A DNA stretch of 64,000 nucleotides from Marsupella aquatica (taxonomy: Eukaryota; Plantae; Marchantiophyta). The DNA is taken from positions 14,573,934 through 14,637,933 of the forward strand of contig OZ316899.1 in assembly GCA_973895155.1 (NCBI GenBank). The letters run 5' to 3'. Shown piece after piece: positions 12,972 to 25,784 of the stretch. Under the pieces are notes generated by a model. That model was not told the DNA's origin. It did no database searches and worked only from the letters and a program-made list of their open reading frames with translations. Both the position numbers and the translations under genes were made by a program. Numbering within the stretch: position 1 is the first letter of the stretch; every line of letters starts with the position of its first letter.

Positions 12972-13610
12972 GTTCATTCTAGAACATGCCTCTTTCTTTG
13001 TCTTGTAGTGATGTGTGATTTTTCTAATTTATTTATGATTAAAAAAGAGAGTAGAGTAAAGTACATGCCAAGAAAATAATATCTGTTAATTAAGAGTGAA
13101 TGAGATATTTACGGACCCCCATTAGGGGTCCTTTGCAAAATTCCTGGCTTCACAGCACGCCACATCATCATGGCACGCTGCAAACAGGAAGAAACTTGTT
13201 TTTGGATAAAATTAACTTATGCATTCGTGTTTGTGACAAGTTTGCCATAAAAATGTAAAAAAAACTTACAGGCAAATCAAAAGACAAAAAGATTGAGGTA
13301 AAATTGTTCTCAGTATCAGTTTTATTTATATTTAGATTTTATTCAAAACATAAAATTTTCCCGATAGGAATTTTCAATTTGACATTGCTGAGTCAAATCA
13401 TAATGAAAACTCACGTATATTATGGCGTTAGAAATATCTTGAAGAGACGGTACTGATGAGCTCAGCATTGTCACCATTCGGTAAGAATTGAGTAAGTAAT
13501 TTAAAACTAAAATTTACCGTGATTTCGTAATCTCTAACATGAACAAAAAATAATGTTGTACAACCACTTAAATGTTGACCCCTTCCATGAGAATGAACTC
13601 AAAATTGACA

Positions 13611-13805
13611 GATTTTATCGAGTACTAAGGAGATTATGAAATTTAGAATTTCTTTAGCTTTTTAATGAAATAACATTGATAGATTTAGTTGAGTTCTAAA
13701 GAGATTATAAATTTCCAATGTTCTCTAGCTTTCCAATGAGTGTAACATTGGGAGATTTTATCAAGTACTAAAGTGGTAATGAATTTCTAAATTTCTCTAG
13801 CTTTC
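13611..13805. repeat. Degenerate ~70 bp tandem repeat, about 3 copies
   Basis: GATTTTATCGAGTACTAA..GATTATGAAATTT..TCT(T/C)TAGCTTT..AATGA..AACATTG units. Confidence 0.75.
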
Positions 13806-15379
13806 GATCAATTTTGAATAACACAATTGGAGATTTGTTCCATAAAACTTTTTGTCTTAAATGATGATGCGAAGTTAGTGATTTGATGACACCAATGACT
13901 TCTCTCTCTTCGTCCATCTGCGTGTAGGAATTGAAAAGTGATTACTTTCTATGCAACTTGAGTGCATCCAACATCCCTTCAGTTCAGTACCGTGTAGGAA
14001 ACCGTCGAGCCCTGTTTTGTTGAAGTGGGCAATTAAGCTACGCACACATTAAACAATAGTTCACATTGCAACTGGTTTTGCCTTTAATGTTAATTATGGT
14101 TGCCTTGGTAAGTTTGGCAACTGTTTCAAGTGTCAAACATTGACTTGTCCATTTTTGAATTATTTTTTCTTTAGATTTGGAGGTTCATCTAGGTTTTAGT
14201 TTCTAGATAACTGCCTCTAAAATAGCATGGCGGTCCACGGATTAATTCACAAAGTCAGAAGTACACATGCAAAGAAAAGCACATAATGACCAGGAAAGTA
14301 CAAAGTTATTGAAGAGTTATGCACATAAGGTACACATTTTCACTTGCTTCTAAGTAATGACAATAAACTCAATTAAAACCATAATTTTTGTAAAGGAGAC
14401 CACAAGGAAATTATGTACACCAGATGTGCAAATTGTTCAAAAATCATTTCTCTCACTCTCATGAGAATTCACTAAAGAATTGAAAAAGACAGATTAAACA
14501 TTATGAGGGGAGCCAAAATAAATTCAAATACTCTAACTTAGCTAAACTAAAAGGGGTCCAAAAGTGAATTCAAAATCTAACTAATACAAATGATTCACCT
14601 TGTTAAGTCACATTAAAATCAAAATACTGAACACAAAATCTGAATAAGACAAAACATGAAAGTTGCATTCACCATTATAGCAATACGGGATAAACTCTGC
14701 AAACACAACACTTGAGAAAATCACCAAAGTGGAAAAATGAAATGCAAGCCTCGTCCCAAGTTGTTTAGAACAATTCAGAACATGTTCTGAATGATGGAAT
14801 TGGAGGTCCACATATGGATGAAAATTGCATTTTGGATGGAATATGTGTAAGGTGGATGGAATACTGATTTTCCATCCAGGAGTTATAGCATTCCGTAGCT
14901 GCATTACAGGATGCTGTAGCTAGATTATAGAGTTTGGTAGTCAATGTTACAGAGTTCTGTAATGTCAGATTTGTCAGGAAGGCAAATTATGGAAATAGAA
15001 GGGATACCAAAAATAGGTTACGGCAGTGCTTTCTAAATCAGATCATACATCTGAAATATACTGAGGGATATGCTCAATAGACCCCCTCCAGGAGAAACTT
15101 TACTTGATCAGCCGCCTTTAAACTTTTTTGCCCCAATCAGCCCCCTCATTATGGCCCATACCCTTTTTCCCTGTGTAAGGCCATACTGCACAGTTTTCAG
15201 CCTTACTGGGTGACTTTTCACAGTCCCCATTCAACCACGCATTAACCAGGCAAAAATCACAGTGACTATGCTAAGGTCGATTAGCAACGGGACCTCGTAA
15301 TCAGAAGTCAAAATTGGGCATTTGCACATCCACACCACCACGATCAACATTAGGGTTATGTTATGCTAATGCAAATAAA

Positions 15380-15945
15380 TTGACATGAGTTGAAGAGAAA
15401 AAGATGTCAAGGGAGAGGAAAGATGTTGAGGTGAGATAAAGATGTCGAGGCGAGGAGAAGATATCGAGGTGAACAAAGATTTTCACGAGAAAAAGAGATG
15501 TCGAGCTGAGAAAAAGAGTTCGAGCAAAAAATATATCAAGAAGAGAAAAGGGCAATGTGAGAAAAATATGTGGAGATAAGGGAAAGATGTTGTGGTGAGA
15601 TAAAAATGTGACAATGAGGAAAAGGTCAGATGTTGAGCTAAAAACAAATTGACATTCAATGAGAAAAAGAGATGTTGACGTGAGGCAAAGAAGTCAAGGT
15701 GAAAAAAACATGTCCAGGAGAGAAAACATGGCGATGTGAGAAAAAGTTGTAATGATGAGGAACATTTGTTGAGGAGAGAAAAGATGTGGAGGTGAGGAAA
15801 AGATGTCGAGTCAAATGATAAAATATATGGAGGAGAGAAACAAAAATCAAGAACCTACAAGATGTCGAGTCAAATGAGAAAAAAATTGTCTTGGTGAGAT
15901 AAAGAAGTAAATGTGAGGCAAGATGAGAGATGTCAAGGAAAGGTA
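15380..15945. repeat. Purine-rich degenerate minisatellite, ~20 bp unit (AAAGATGTCGAGGTGAGGAA-like)
   Basis: Recurrent AGATGT(C/T)GAG..GAG(A/G)AAA motif over about 560 bp. Confidence 0.85.
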
Positions 15946-16688
15946 GAGTTGTTGTGGTGGTGTTCAACAACTCATGCATTTGCACATAGAAATTGAAGAG
16001 GCGAGATAACAGTCACTGTAGCATAGAGTCCAAGCACAACCGAATGATACAAAAAATTAGTTCTTAAATTTTTTAGAGTATTGTATACATTTTATTTATA
16101 CTCAAGTTTTATCAAAACAACTTTCAGGCTAATATCCAATTCTTTAAAACTCAATTTTAATAATTAGTTTTAAATTAATATTGAAAACATTTACTGTACT
16201 TTTGGTCCACTCTATATTTAATTCGTTTTTGGTTTTATCCTTTGTGTCTATTGATTACCTTTTTTGTTGGCACTGCATTTTTGAATGACGACCACGGGAA
16301 AAAAGGCGCAACAGTGTATTATAGTTTAGGATTACGCTGCCCGGTCGTCCCACTCATCCCAAACCTCCTGTGGGACTCGGTCGGTGGGTACCTTCTGGAG
16401 GAGGCCGTTTACAAGGTCAATTAGGAAGGTCAGGAGTCTCCATTGCAGAAAAGGACTATAAAATAGATAAATGTAAGTGAAAATTTCAAACCACGTAAAA
16501 CCTAAAGAGAGTACTATAGAAATTCTGGACAAAGTCTGAAATCAATGCCAAGCGCCACCCTCTACATAAAAATAAAAATAAAATAAGTTGAACCCAAAAT
16601 ACATGGACAACTGTGAGTCCCCTGACTCCCAGGCCAGGCCATTTTATACTCTCTTCTCATACATTTCGAGGTTTGGGCCCTTTCTGGT

Positions 16689-16835
16689 AGCAGATAATAG
16701 GATCTCCTCATGGATTACCTTCTTGAAGGTACTATGTACCCAGAATGCCCTTGCCTTTGCATAAACTGTACCTTGTTGAGGGAGAGAGTATAAGGTATTT
16801 ATGTGAAGACAGTATGCACAGAAAAGAGCTTGGAA
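16689..16835 (+). repeat. Dispersed ~150 bp repeat, copy 1 (copy 2 at 29658-29819)
   Basis: Shared ATAATAGGAT..CATGGATTAC.TTCTTGAAGGTA..ATGTACCCA..CCCTTGCCT.TGCA..AGTATGCA.AGAAAAGAGCTTGGAA. Confidence 0.85.
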
Positions 16836-16930
16836 GCATTCAAACATCACAAAGCAAAGTTGAAAGTTCAGCCAATAATTACTAAAATATAATTATAGAT
16901 TTATGTTTAAAAATGGGTGGGAAGTCTTAG

Positions 16931-16997
16931 CATGGCTGTGTGGTCACTCACTTGACTGGAGACTAATAGGTATTGGGTTCAAATGTTGTGACTGACT
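16931..16997 (+). repeat. tRNA-derived SINE-like head, copy 2
   Basis: TGGCTGTGTGGT (A-box-like) ... GGTTCAAAT (B-box-like); homologous to 8459-8527. Confidence 0.55.
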
Positions 16998-18059
16998 AAT
17001 ACCAATTTCTCCTTTAAAATAAAGGGTTAAAAAAATTAATTAGTGGGTGGGAACTTTAGCAAAGGAGTAGAGGAAGAACTTTTTTCTGTTCTGATTTTGA
17101 TTTCATAATTATATCTCTAAATAATAAAATCAAAATGGTAACTTTATTTTACTAAATGACATCTCTTCCTTTTTCTCCTGATTTGTTTTACGCTTAATAC
17201 TTAAGGAATGGCTCCCAATAATATATTTAAACGAATATGAACACAAAACATGACAACAACCTTTTTTTTTCAGAGAAGCTCTGTCCTGTTTGTCACCATC
17301 CTCGTGCCAGGGATTTGGAATTGACATTAACATAAAAAAAACCAGTAACTATGTGGGTCTAGTTGGGATTTGTTAGTAACATTGACCTTTCATTTTCCAA
17401 CTACTTTTCTATCAAATGAACTCTACCAAATTAAAGGCAAACTCTGTTTGGTGCTAAAAAATTAGTAAAGTTGTTTGATGTGATTAGGGGAAGGGGGTGG
17501 GGGTGGGGGGCAGGGGAGAATCAGGGTGTAGGGTTCTTTTACAAGAGCCCCATCCATTACAACATTGTTGAAAGTAGAAAGGGTTAACAACTTGTTGATA
17601 CTTAACTAGAGAAATTAGCTAAATAAGTTAACTGTCTGAGCAAAACTTAACCATGTTTAAGTGCTGCTGAGGTTAGACTAGTTGAGAGGGCCTGTACCTT
17701 GGAGGAACACTTCATTGTGCTGACACTAGATATCAATGGTCGAGAGTTGGAGAGTGGAGAGAGAATTCAAGAGTATTGTGTCACGGAGCTCAGGTTGTGA
17801 CTTGCCAAAGATATGGCCAATGTATGTGTTTTTATTTTGATCATGGACAAACCCTAAACTGGGTTAACCATACATCTCTAAGTCAACATACCTGTACACT
17901 GGTTCGTTCATATGTGTATATCACCACAACTAGCAATAAGAATGTCCATCCATATGCAAAAACACATTGATTCACTTCACAACCCTTCACATACCATGGA
18001 AACAGTTGTTAGAAGGCATTAATCATGTCTTTTGCAACAAACTAACCAGATAAATTTTG

Positions 18060-18520
18060 GCTGAGGTCAGATCTGCTTAGGTGAGGTTAACTTAAGGTCA
18101 ACTTAGGTAAATCAGCTTAGGTGAAATCATCTTAGGTGACATCGGCCTTATATAGAAGACATTTGTGTAAAGTGCAGCAAACTGATCACTGGTTAGCTTT
18201 GTCTATTTTATATATATTTGTACGTTGTTATTTCTCAACTTGAAGCTCTAGTGGCACTGATCTTTTACCAGAGTATACGGCTATGTCTATACTATCAGGC
18301 AATAAATTCACACCTTTTTTAGCCAATAGAAATGAAATTAAAAATGCGCAAAGCTGGACAGGTCTAATTTTTGAAGTTGCCTTAGATAGATTAGGTTGGC
18401 AAAGGCCAACTTGGCTTAGCCAAGGTTTTCTCTGATCAGATTGGCGTACGTGAGGTCAGCCCAGGTCTAATTTTCCTAGGTCCAATTGGCTTAAAGTTGG
18501 CTTAGGTAAATTGGCTTAGA
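18060..18520. repeat. Two blocks of degenerate ~15 bp GCTTAGGT-based tandem repeats
   Basis: CTTAGGTGA / CTTAGGTAAAT units at 18060-18150 and 18350-18520. Confidence 0.65.
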
Positions 18521-19436
18521 ATGCATTTGTGTCCGAATACGTATCTTATGTGGAAAGCTAACCATTCACTGGCTTTGCATTTGTTTAATTCCCAACTTTG
18601 GCCTACTAAGATTTCAACAAAATAGACCATCATGTCTATTCTGTAAGTGATATACAAATGAATTTAGACAGCACAAAAATCATATGAATGATGAAGTTGG
18701 TGGAGTCAGCTTCAGTGCACAAGGGGAATCACACTCCCGCAAGCCACTTAGTCAGAGTCCTCGTAAGAAAAGTTCCAAAGAGTTGCACACAAGGGCATCC
18801 AATAAGTTGTTACTTCAAGCCAACTAACACATAATTGAAATTTTTACATACCCACATGCCTCAAGAAGTCCAAGAAATAGCCTGTCCAAATAGGTAATTT
18901 TACTATAAATACTCTAGATATATAAAACCACACTGATCAATGAAAAGTACAGTCAAGTTTTATGACACAAGGATGCTACTATATGTGCACTTAATTCAAT
19001 GTGCCTTATGAATAACATTCATTTCAATAAAAAGTAGTTCGAGGACCCCTGAGACAGATAAACTTGAATACATTCAACAAATTGGATCAATGAAAGAACA
19101 CTCTTGCCCATCCCTTCATTCATAGTGGATATCAGAGCTACCGGTATATATATCTGCAGCTGTGGTTTAAAGGTTCCCCTACCTGCAAGACATTTGCCTA
19201 CTCCAGCTGTTAGTAGGAGGAATTGCCAAATAATGTACGCAGGATTTGTTTGTGACTTACATTAATATTCCTAGTAAATTCACCCAAAATTGGCTTGGGT
19301 GAGAGGGCAAATTGCCAGATCTCAGAGTATAAGGGTAGCCATTAGCTTTTTCATGTTATCTCAAGTCATCAAGCCAGCCATTCCCTTTGTCATCTCAAGC
19401 CATGTAAAACTTACCATCTACAACTGCAATTTCCAC

Positions 19437-19566
19437 TTGGAAACCCAACAGTTTGTTTTTACTTTATCAAATATTTATTACAAAAGTTTGGAAACCCATC
19501 AGTTTGTTTTTACCTCACCAAATACTTATTACAAAACCTTGGAAGCCCAACAGTTTGTTTCTACTT
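19437..19566. repeat. ~52 bp tandem repeat, about 2.5 copies
   Basis: TTGGAA(A/G)CCCA(A/T)CAGTTTGTTT occurs three times at regular spacing. Confidence 0.9.
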
Positions 19567-20860
19567 CCTCTAGCCGTGTCAATTAAAAAATCTTTGGAAA
19601 TTAAAAGAAAATCTAACATTTAATGCAAAACACTGATATATCTTCCAAATGTTAATTACTCTTTACCTCATTCTTTGTTTGTTTCAACTTTACTCTTCAA
19701 TTTTGTTTCATTTTTACAGTTACCGGGATTGACAGTTTTTTATTGCCTTGTCACAAACACGAACTAACTATTCCCACATGCAATAAATCTAGATGCTCCA
19801 ATTAGAAACATCCAATGACACTAAATTCTGTGTAAAGAGTGATAGCTAACAACATATTTTGTGCGGAGCACGGTTTTTGAGCTAGTCTACAACTATAATA
19901 CAGGATCCCGCCACATTTCCATCACCATTGATCATGAAAAAGAGAGCTAGCCCTCCGAAGGTCACATGCCCACCTTCCTCCCTTGAAAGGACGGTGGAAG
20001 CCCCTCATCCGCCACACAGACCTGACATCCTCAGCCCTCCATTCTAGAACAATTGTACTAGAAAGTACACTAAATATGGCTTGCCCATGGGGAATACAGG
20101 GTGCAATTATTATAATAGTACAAAACTATGCAAACGAAGATGAGGCGGAAGGTAGACAAAAATTGGCCGAGAGGAAACAAAGAAGAAGAAGAGGGGAAGC
20201 GGAATATTAACAAAAAGGACAAAATTTGAGTAAACGGAGAACAATTAAAAAGGTAGAGAAATTAAAGAAAAGACAAACTTACAACGATAAAGCACTTTCC
20301 AGAGATGAGAGGGACAGTGGCGAGAACTTGGCCAACACGGAACAAAAGGGGGAGAGGGGAGATAGAGCCAAAATTGGACAAAATTTGAAGAAGGGGAGAA
20401 TAGATGTAGCCCTAAGTTCTCACACTAAGCCACTTACGGAGTACATAAGTGCTGCAAATCCCCTGTGGCCCTGCCTGCATTCTAGACTGCGTTTCGCTTC
20501 CAAGATCGAGGTAGCCAGGTGGCACGAAGCTCGAGACACGAACACATCGGGATCAAGGCGCCTTAGGTGGGGAGGTCGAGTGTAGGGTGCTTACGATTGC
20601 TTTCTTCCTTCTTTTGCTTCTTCGTTCCTTGCTTTAGTCCTTCTTTTGCAGACGGCAATGGAGAAGCTAGCCTCATCGGGCAAACTGTTTCTTATTTTGT
20701 GATGAGGCTGTTTTGAGAGGATGGAGTTTGCTACCATGCCTGTTTGATAACCGAAGTTCTCGATGTTACTGGAGTTGAAGTGTTTCTCATTCACACCTTT
20801 TTTAACATTTGTTTTCCTGCACACGATGAACAGCCACACGGAAGAGGTGATTTGCAGAAA

Positions 20861-21712
20861 ATGGCCGCCAGGTTGTCTTCATCGATGTTGGAGATTCACT
20901 ATGTCAGCGAGTACAATACATTCAAGGAGACCGAAACGTCATTGCGCAAGAGAGTGGCGCTTGCATTCCGACCTTCATGGGAAAGGTACGATTAATCATC
21001 CAGTTTAGTTTAAAGTTTCACCTCTCCGTAACGCGCGCGCCGGTGATAGCACATCAGGTAATATACTGTTAATATGCTGGGGTGCGCTCACTGATTTTCA
21101 TAGAATAACTGTGTTTATCTTGGTATGGATTGATGTCGTCCACCGGCTATCTACGCGCATTCTATGTTTTTCATTTCCATTTCTCTGTGTTTGTGCAGGC
21201 TTCCAGTCACCAATGACATATATTCGTGTTGTTTCCCGAGTCTAGCGATGAGCAGGTATGTGGAAGACTACCACCGCTTCCTCGCCGATCCATGCTGGAA
21301 TTGGAAGCTTGCTTCATCCACTCGGCTAGACATGAAGTTAGCTTCTATAGAGCCAACCGAGTTTGAGTTTTGGGCAGTCAAAGACAGTGAAAGGATTTGC
21401 CGAACGTGCACGCTCCGTTTTGCTGACTGTACCATAGGTGGGACACAGAAGATTTACTCTGGATTTCCAGCCGCAGTTTTATTGGAAGGAAACAGTTACA
21501 GAGATGGCGATCTTTGCTATTGCTTCAGGGAGGAACCTGACTGTCTAGTGGTTAATGAGTTGTTCTATCTGGAAACCACCAGCGGTAGGAGCGGGTTTGT
21601 TCTGTATGGCACTCACAAGTGGGCAACAGACAAAGTTGATGATTGGAAAAGAATTTCCAACATGCCTAGCAGAATTTGTGTGCACAGCATGCCTCTTCCT
21701 AATTATACCTAA
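20861..21712 (+). CDS. Putative two-exon gene of unknown function (~210 aa); C-terminal part weakly BAH-like
   Basis: Exon 20861-20985 (GAAAG|GTACG donor) joins in frame to 21199-21712 (pyrimidine tract, TGCAG|G acceptor), giving ...AFRPSWERLPVTNDIYSCC... The true start may lie further upstream. Confidence 0.5.
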
Positions 21713-22276
21713 ACACCAAGCTGTACAAGAAGTAGTTCGCTGGAGGATATGTCCCCACTAAAAGATGGACACCACTGAATGTACATAATAAAAAGTGTTT
21801 CATTTGATTGAAAGCAAAAGTCGTCACCACCTTGTAAATGGAGTGGCAGGTGAATACGCATGTCATTCAGTGCTCCCCCCTCTCCCCCCGGCTTCACAAA
21901 ATCCTGTAGCCTTTTAGTCTGAATGTAGGCTACACCGATTGGAAGATGGTTTTGTAGAATGCTATGTTTAAACTGCAGTCTCGGGTGATTAGGCATGTCA
22001 TTGTGTGCTTCACCTTATTAATCCGAATGTAGGCTATTAGTCCGACGTAGGCTTTTAGTCCGAATGTGGAGAGCCAAATTTGACTGATTGCCGGCATTTC
22101 ACTAGTCGGCAACCCTCTACAAAAGAGTCCTATTTATGTCGGGTTTGCCAATGGGATTCGAATGGATCTCGCACAATTTTTTAAAATGATGTGTCCGGGA
22201 AGGAAAGTTCCCGTCAGTTTTATAAATATTCTACCATAAGAGTCGTGTACATAATTGAAAGGCAGGACTTATACGT

Positions 22277-23595
22277 CAATAAAGTCATCCATAAATTAAG
22301 TAACTCCAACGGCAATCATAGCTACTGGGTTAAGAGTAAATGCAGTGTACCAAACCAGGATAGACGACTCCGAACGTAAATCCACGACAAGTACAGTAAC
22401 ATTGCAAACCAACTACAAAGGAAACTTACTATTTAGGGCCAAAATGTTATCCCGAAGAGGAGGTCGCTAGAGTTTGCGTTGGCTCGCACTCGTGACTCCG
22501 GATCGCCTACTGGATGTAGCTGCGTATCCAGGTTACGAGCAAGTGTGGGAAGAGCTGTGCTTTACTGAATAGAGGGCAAGAAGTACCTCTGGCCTGCGGC
22601 ATTCCAATGCATCTTGAGAAGCTATGGAGATTTTATGGACGCCGGTGGGTGGGGAAGAATTGATTGAGAAGCGATGAGAAGTGCACGAGAGAATTGTTGT
22701 GTGGTTTGGTGGAATGCAATTGTGATTTTGGGTTGATTGGCATACAATGCATCGTAGACCCTATGTTGCAGGCATGAGAAGCTAGGAGATTTTATGGGCT
22801 CTGGTGGGGAAGAATTGAATGAGAAGTGATGAGAAGTGGAGACGGGAGGAATTAATTGTGGTTGGGAGGGATGGCATGGGAAGTCGTCGCACGAAGGGAT
22901 GGAAGAACCCAATGAAGGCATCAACAATGGCAATAGGTTTCGCAAAGTCTATAGGCATTCTATACTCTTTTATTACGATCGGAAGGTCAATCTGTCATCG
23001 GCCCATAGAAGTGAGAAAGTCCACTCTAAGTCGTACTCAGCCTCGATGCATTACATTTCCTATGGCTGACCAGTGAATTGGAATTTATATGTTGTGCTAA
23101 TTGAATGTAAACCTGGTTCAATTGAAAGTCTGTTCAATTTGGAATTCTAATTACGGTTGGAATTGAGGGCTGTTTATGTGATCGACAGGAATGCCAACCA
23201 TGAAGCAGGTTGCTCGCAATAGGGACTTGGAAGGGCACATGCAACCTGGATGTGAGTTGCCTCCGCTGATCGAGCTCACTAAACTGATTGAAAGCAGAAT
23301 CCCCTGACAACAGCTACAACAACTTTCACTCACAACAACCAGGAGAGTAGTTCTCTGAACCATAGTTGTGGCTCTGAACCTGAATGGATGAAAGAGCACA
23401 ATCCAATTTAAGTGCTTCCTCCTGCACCCATGCAAGCTACGAGGCTCAAAGGAAGAGGACGTTGGTGGATTCCGTTCACTTGAGCACTCTGGTGGCTGCC
23501 TATTGTAAGGTTTTCAGTGTTTACTCCGAGGGAAGAAAGCAGAAATGATCCAAATTGGTTCCAAGTGTTATTTGGAAGAATTTTATGGTATGTTG
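22277..23595 (+). mobile_element. Degenerate copy of the left part of the Harbinger-type element, including a broken ORF1 5' end
   Basis: Colinear nucleotide similarity with ~58589-60100, e.g. ATGCCAACCATGAAGCAGGTTGCTCGCAA..GGGACTTGGAAGGGCACATGCAAC at ~23190 vs 59702. Confidence 0.93.
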
Positions 23596-23749
23596 TGCCT
23601 CGTTGGACGTCACGATGGACTGGCGATGGCGGCACTGAAAGTCCTCGCGCAGGTAGAACTCAGCAGCTTACACAACTTACACTTTTCTTTCCTATATCAA
23701 CTGACCGTGTTTATTTTATACTAAACAATTTTCCGGTAGCGCACCAGAG

Positions 23750-25585
23750 AGAAACAGCTATGGCACAAACGCGAAACCTCCAATTTTCTGGCATGATAGT
23801 TAACGGCGACCCGAACTCGCACAACAAAACTCAGCATGTATCGGGTGGTAGGTCACAAGTGCAAACACCGACACCCATGAAGGAGAGACCAAGAAGGATT
23901 GCTGAAGTTCACCGTGAACTGTCCTACGCTGCAGCACCATCCGACAGTTAGGATGAGATCCGAAACTGTCGGGGTAGACCAAAATATCATCGTTAGCAGA
24001 ATACTTCACCTACAGAAGAGAGGAATCATTCTATACACTCTGGACTTCAATCTTACACGCGACTACCTTAAACATTGATATTGAATCGATATCAAATTCC
24101 CAAAACACATTCTGATGGAAGATGGTAGTGGCCATGCCCCGGACGCCTGACTTTGACGCTAAGCCGATGAAATCTACCAGGGCTCCTGTTTGGATCGACA
24201 TGCCGCTGTTCAACCCTGCTTTTGAATATTATGCTTGCCAAGGTTGGAACTGTGCTATATATGCGCAGACACATAAATCCAGGAGTAAATTCTCTCACAT
24301 ATGAGGATGTGTTTCATGTAATATGAAGACCCGATTGAGTACATCAACATTGTGGTGCCAGGAGTGGGAAACTACCAGGTGGATGTAATAATTTACCGTC
24401 CTCTCCCGGATGCCTGCTTTGGATGCTAACAGAGTGGACATACAGAGAGAGGTCCCAACAAACCAAAGAAAGCACAAAAAGGAAACAAAAGGACAGGGAG
24501 GAGATGTCGAGGTAACCAAGGCAGTGTATCTAGGTAGACAACCGAAGATGCAGATATTCTTAAAGTGGTTACAGGGATGCCAAAAGGTAAGTCACCAGGA
24601 ATCAACGGAGTCACCATCAAGATGCTGCTAAAGGGATGGTCGTACATGGGTCCTACTTACTCTGCTGTTAATCGGGCTTACATTAACACGGAACCATGAC
24701 AACCAAAGCCACTAGCCGGAGTTATTGAACTCATGCCCAAGAGTCAGGACTTGCTACAGTTGTCAAATTAGCGACCACTCACTATGCTTACCCTCACAGA
24801 AGTTGACAGGGATGTCCGCTCTCCAGCATCCTTTTGACACTCACCAAACAACCTCTGATGGCCAGGCTCAAACAACAATTGGATGCAAGGGTCATCAATG
24901 CATTGCAACTCTGTAATGGGAGTAGTCTTTGCCACCAGCTCTTCGCTGATGACATGGGACTATTCCTCGAAGACACTGCAGAGCAATTTGTTGTTGCTCG
25001 TGAGGTGATCCAAAGGTTCAAGAACATCTTGGGAGCTATCTTGAACGTCAAAAAGTCTCAAATCATATTCCGATCTACCTGGAGAATGACATCTCCTGAC
25101 TGGCTCAAGGAAACGGGATGCAAAATTGCTAAAGAGGCAGAGATATGTATTTGCCTTGGAGGTGTAAGACTCGACCTTCACAAGATGCAAATTTCCTTCT
25201 GGGCAAGTTGAGGAAGCGTCTCCACACATGGGCGAACAGCAGCCTCATGTTTGCTGGTAGGGTGATAATGCTAAAACACATTCTCAAGGCTATCCCAACT
25301 TACCACCTTATGATACTGGCACTTTTTAAGAAAGGCCTTTTGACAAACTGGAAAAAAGGTCTCTTAGGGGGCGAACACACAAACACAGGAGCCTTCCGGA
25401 AACCACTGATTGCATGGAGAGAAAAGGATGAAGGAGGTCTTTAAGAAACAGGCTGAAGCACATAAAATGAGACATCACAAAAAGGGGATTGTCGGAGAAT
25501 GGATCTGGATGGCCTACCTCCGAGATCATTTCCAAGTGTCTTAAAACTGGAATCCATCGAAAGGAGCACAGACAATTGGTGTTGC
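23750..25585 (+). mobile_element. L1-type LINE remnant (ORF1 fragment plus RT fragment), heavily deleted
   Basis: ORF1-like TPDFDAK..APVWIDMP..RSKFSHI*GCV; ORF2-like KSPGINGVT, CHQLFADDMGLF, GAILNVKKSQI, LRKRLHTWANSSLMFAGRVIMLKHILKAIPTY. Left boundary approximate. Confidence 0.88.
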
Positions 25586-25589
25586 TCTA

Positions 25590-25691
25590 AAGCTCATTTT
25601 CATTGAAAAATGCTTCTCATTGCTCCACTAGCGCTACCAAACCAGCAATTCAATGGGATATCTTGTTCGATGTCATCCATCATATCTTCAT
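25590..25691 (-). mobile_element. Fragment of the Harbinger-type transposase 5' region (second piece of the old copy)
   Basis: AGCTCATTTTCATTGAA.AATGCTTCT.ATTGCTCCACTAGCGCT.CCAA.CCAGCAATT... matches 62102-62201. Confidence 0.9.
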
Positions 25692-25784
25692 TGAAGAATG
25701 TTCACAAATTGCATAGTGAGAGCAGAGTACCAAGAAACCATCCTCACACCCCGCCACAGACCTACAGCCCCAATGGCTCTAATC

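Noticed and set aside
15361-15985. Phe/Leu/Ser-rich minus-strand ORFs
   Set aside because: Translation artefacts of the purine-rich minisatellite.
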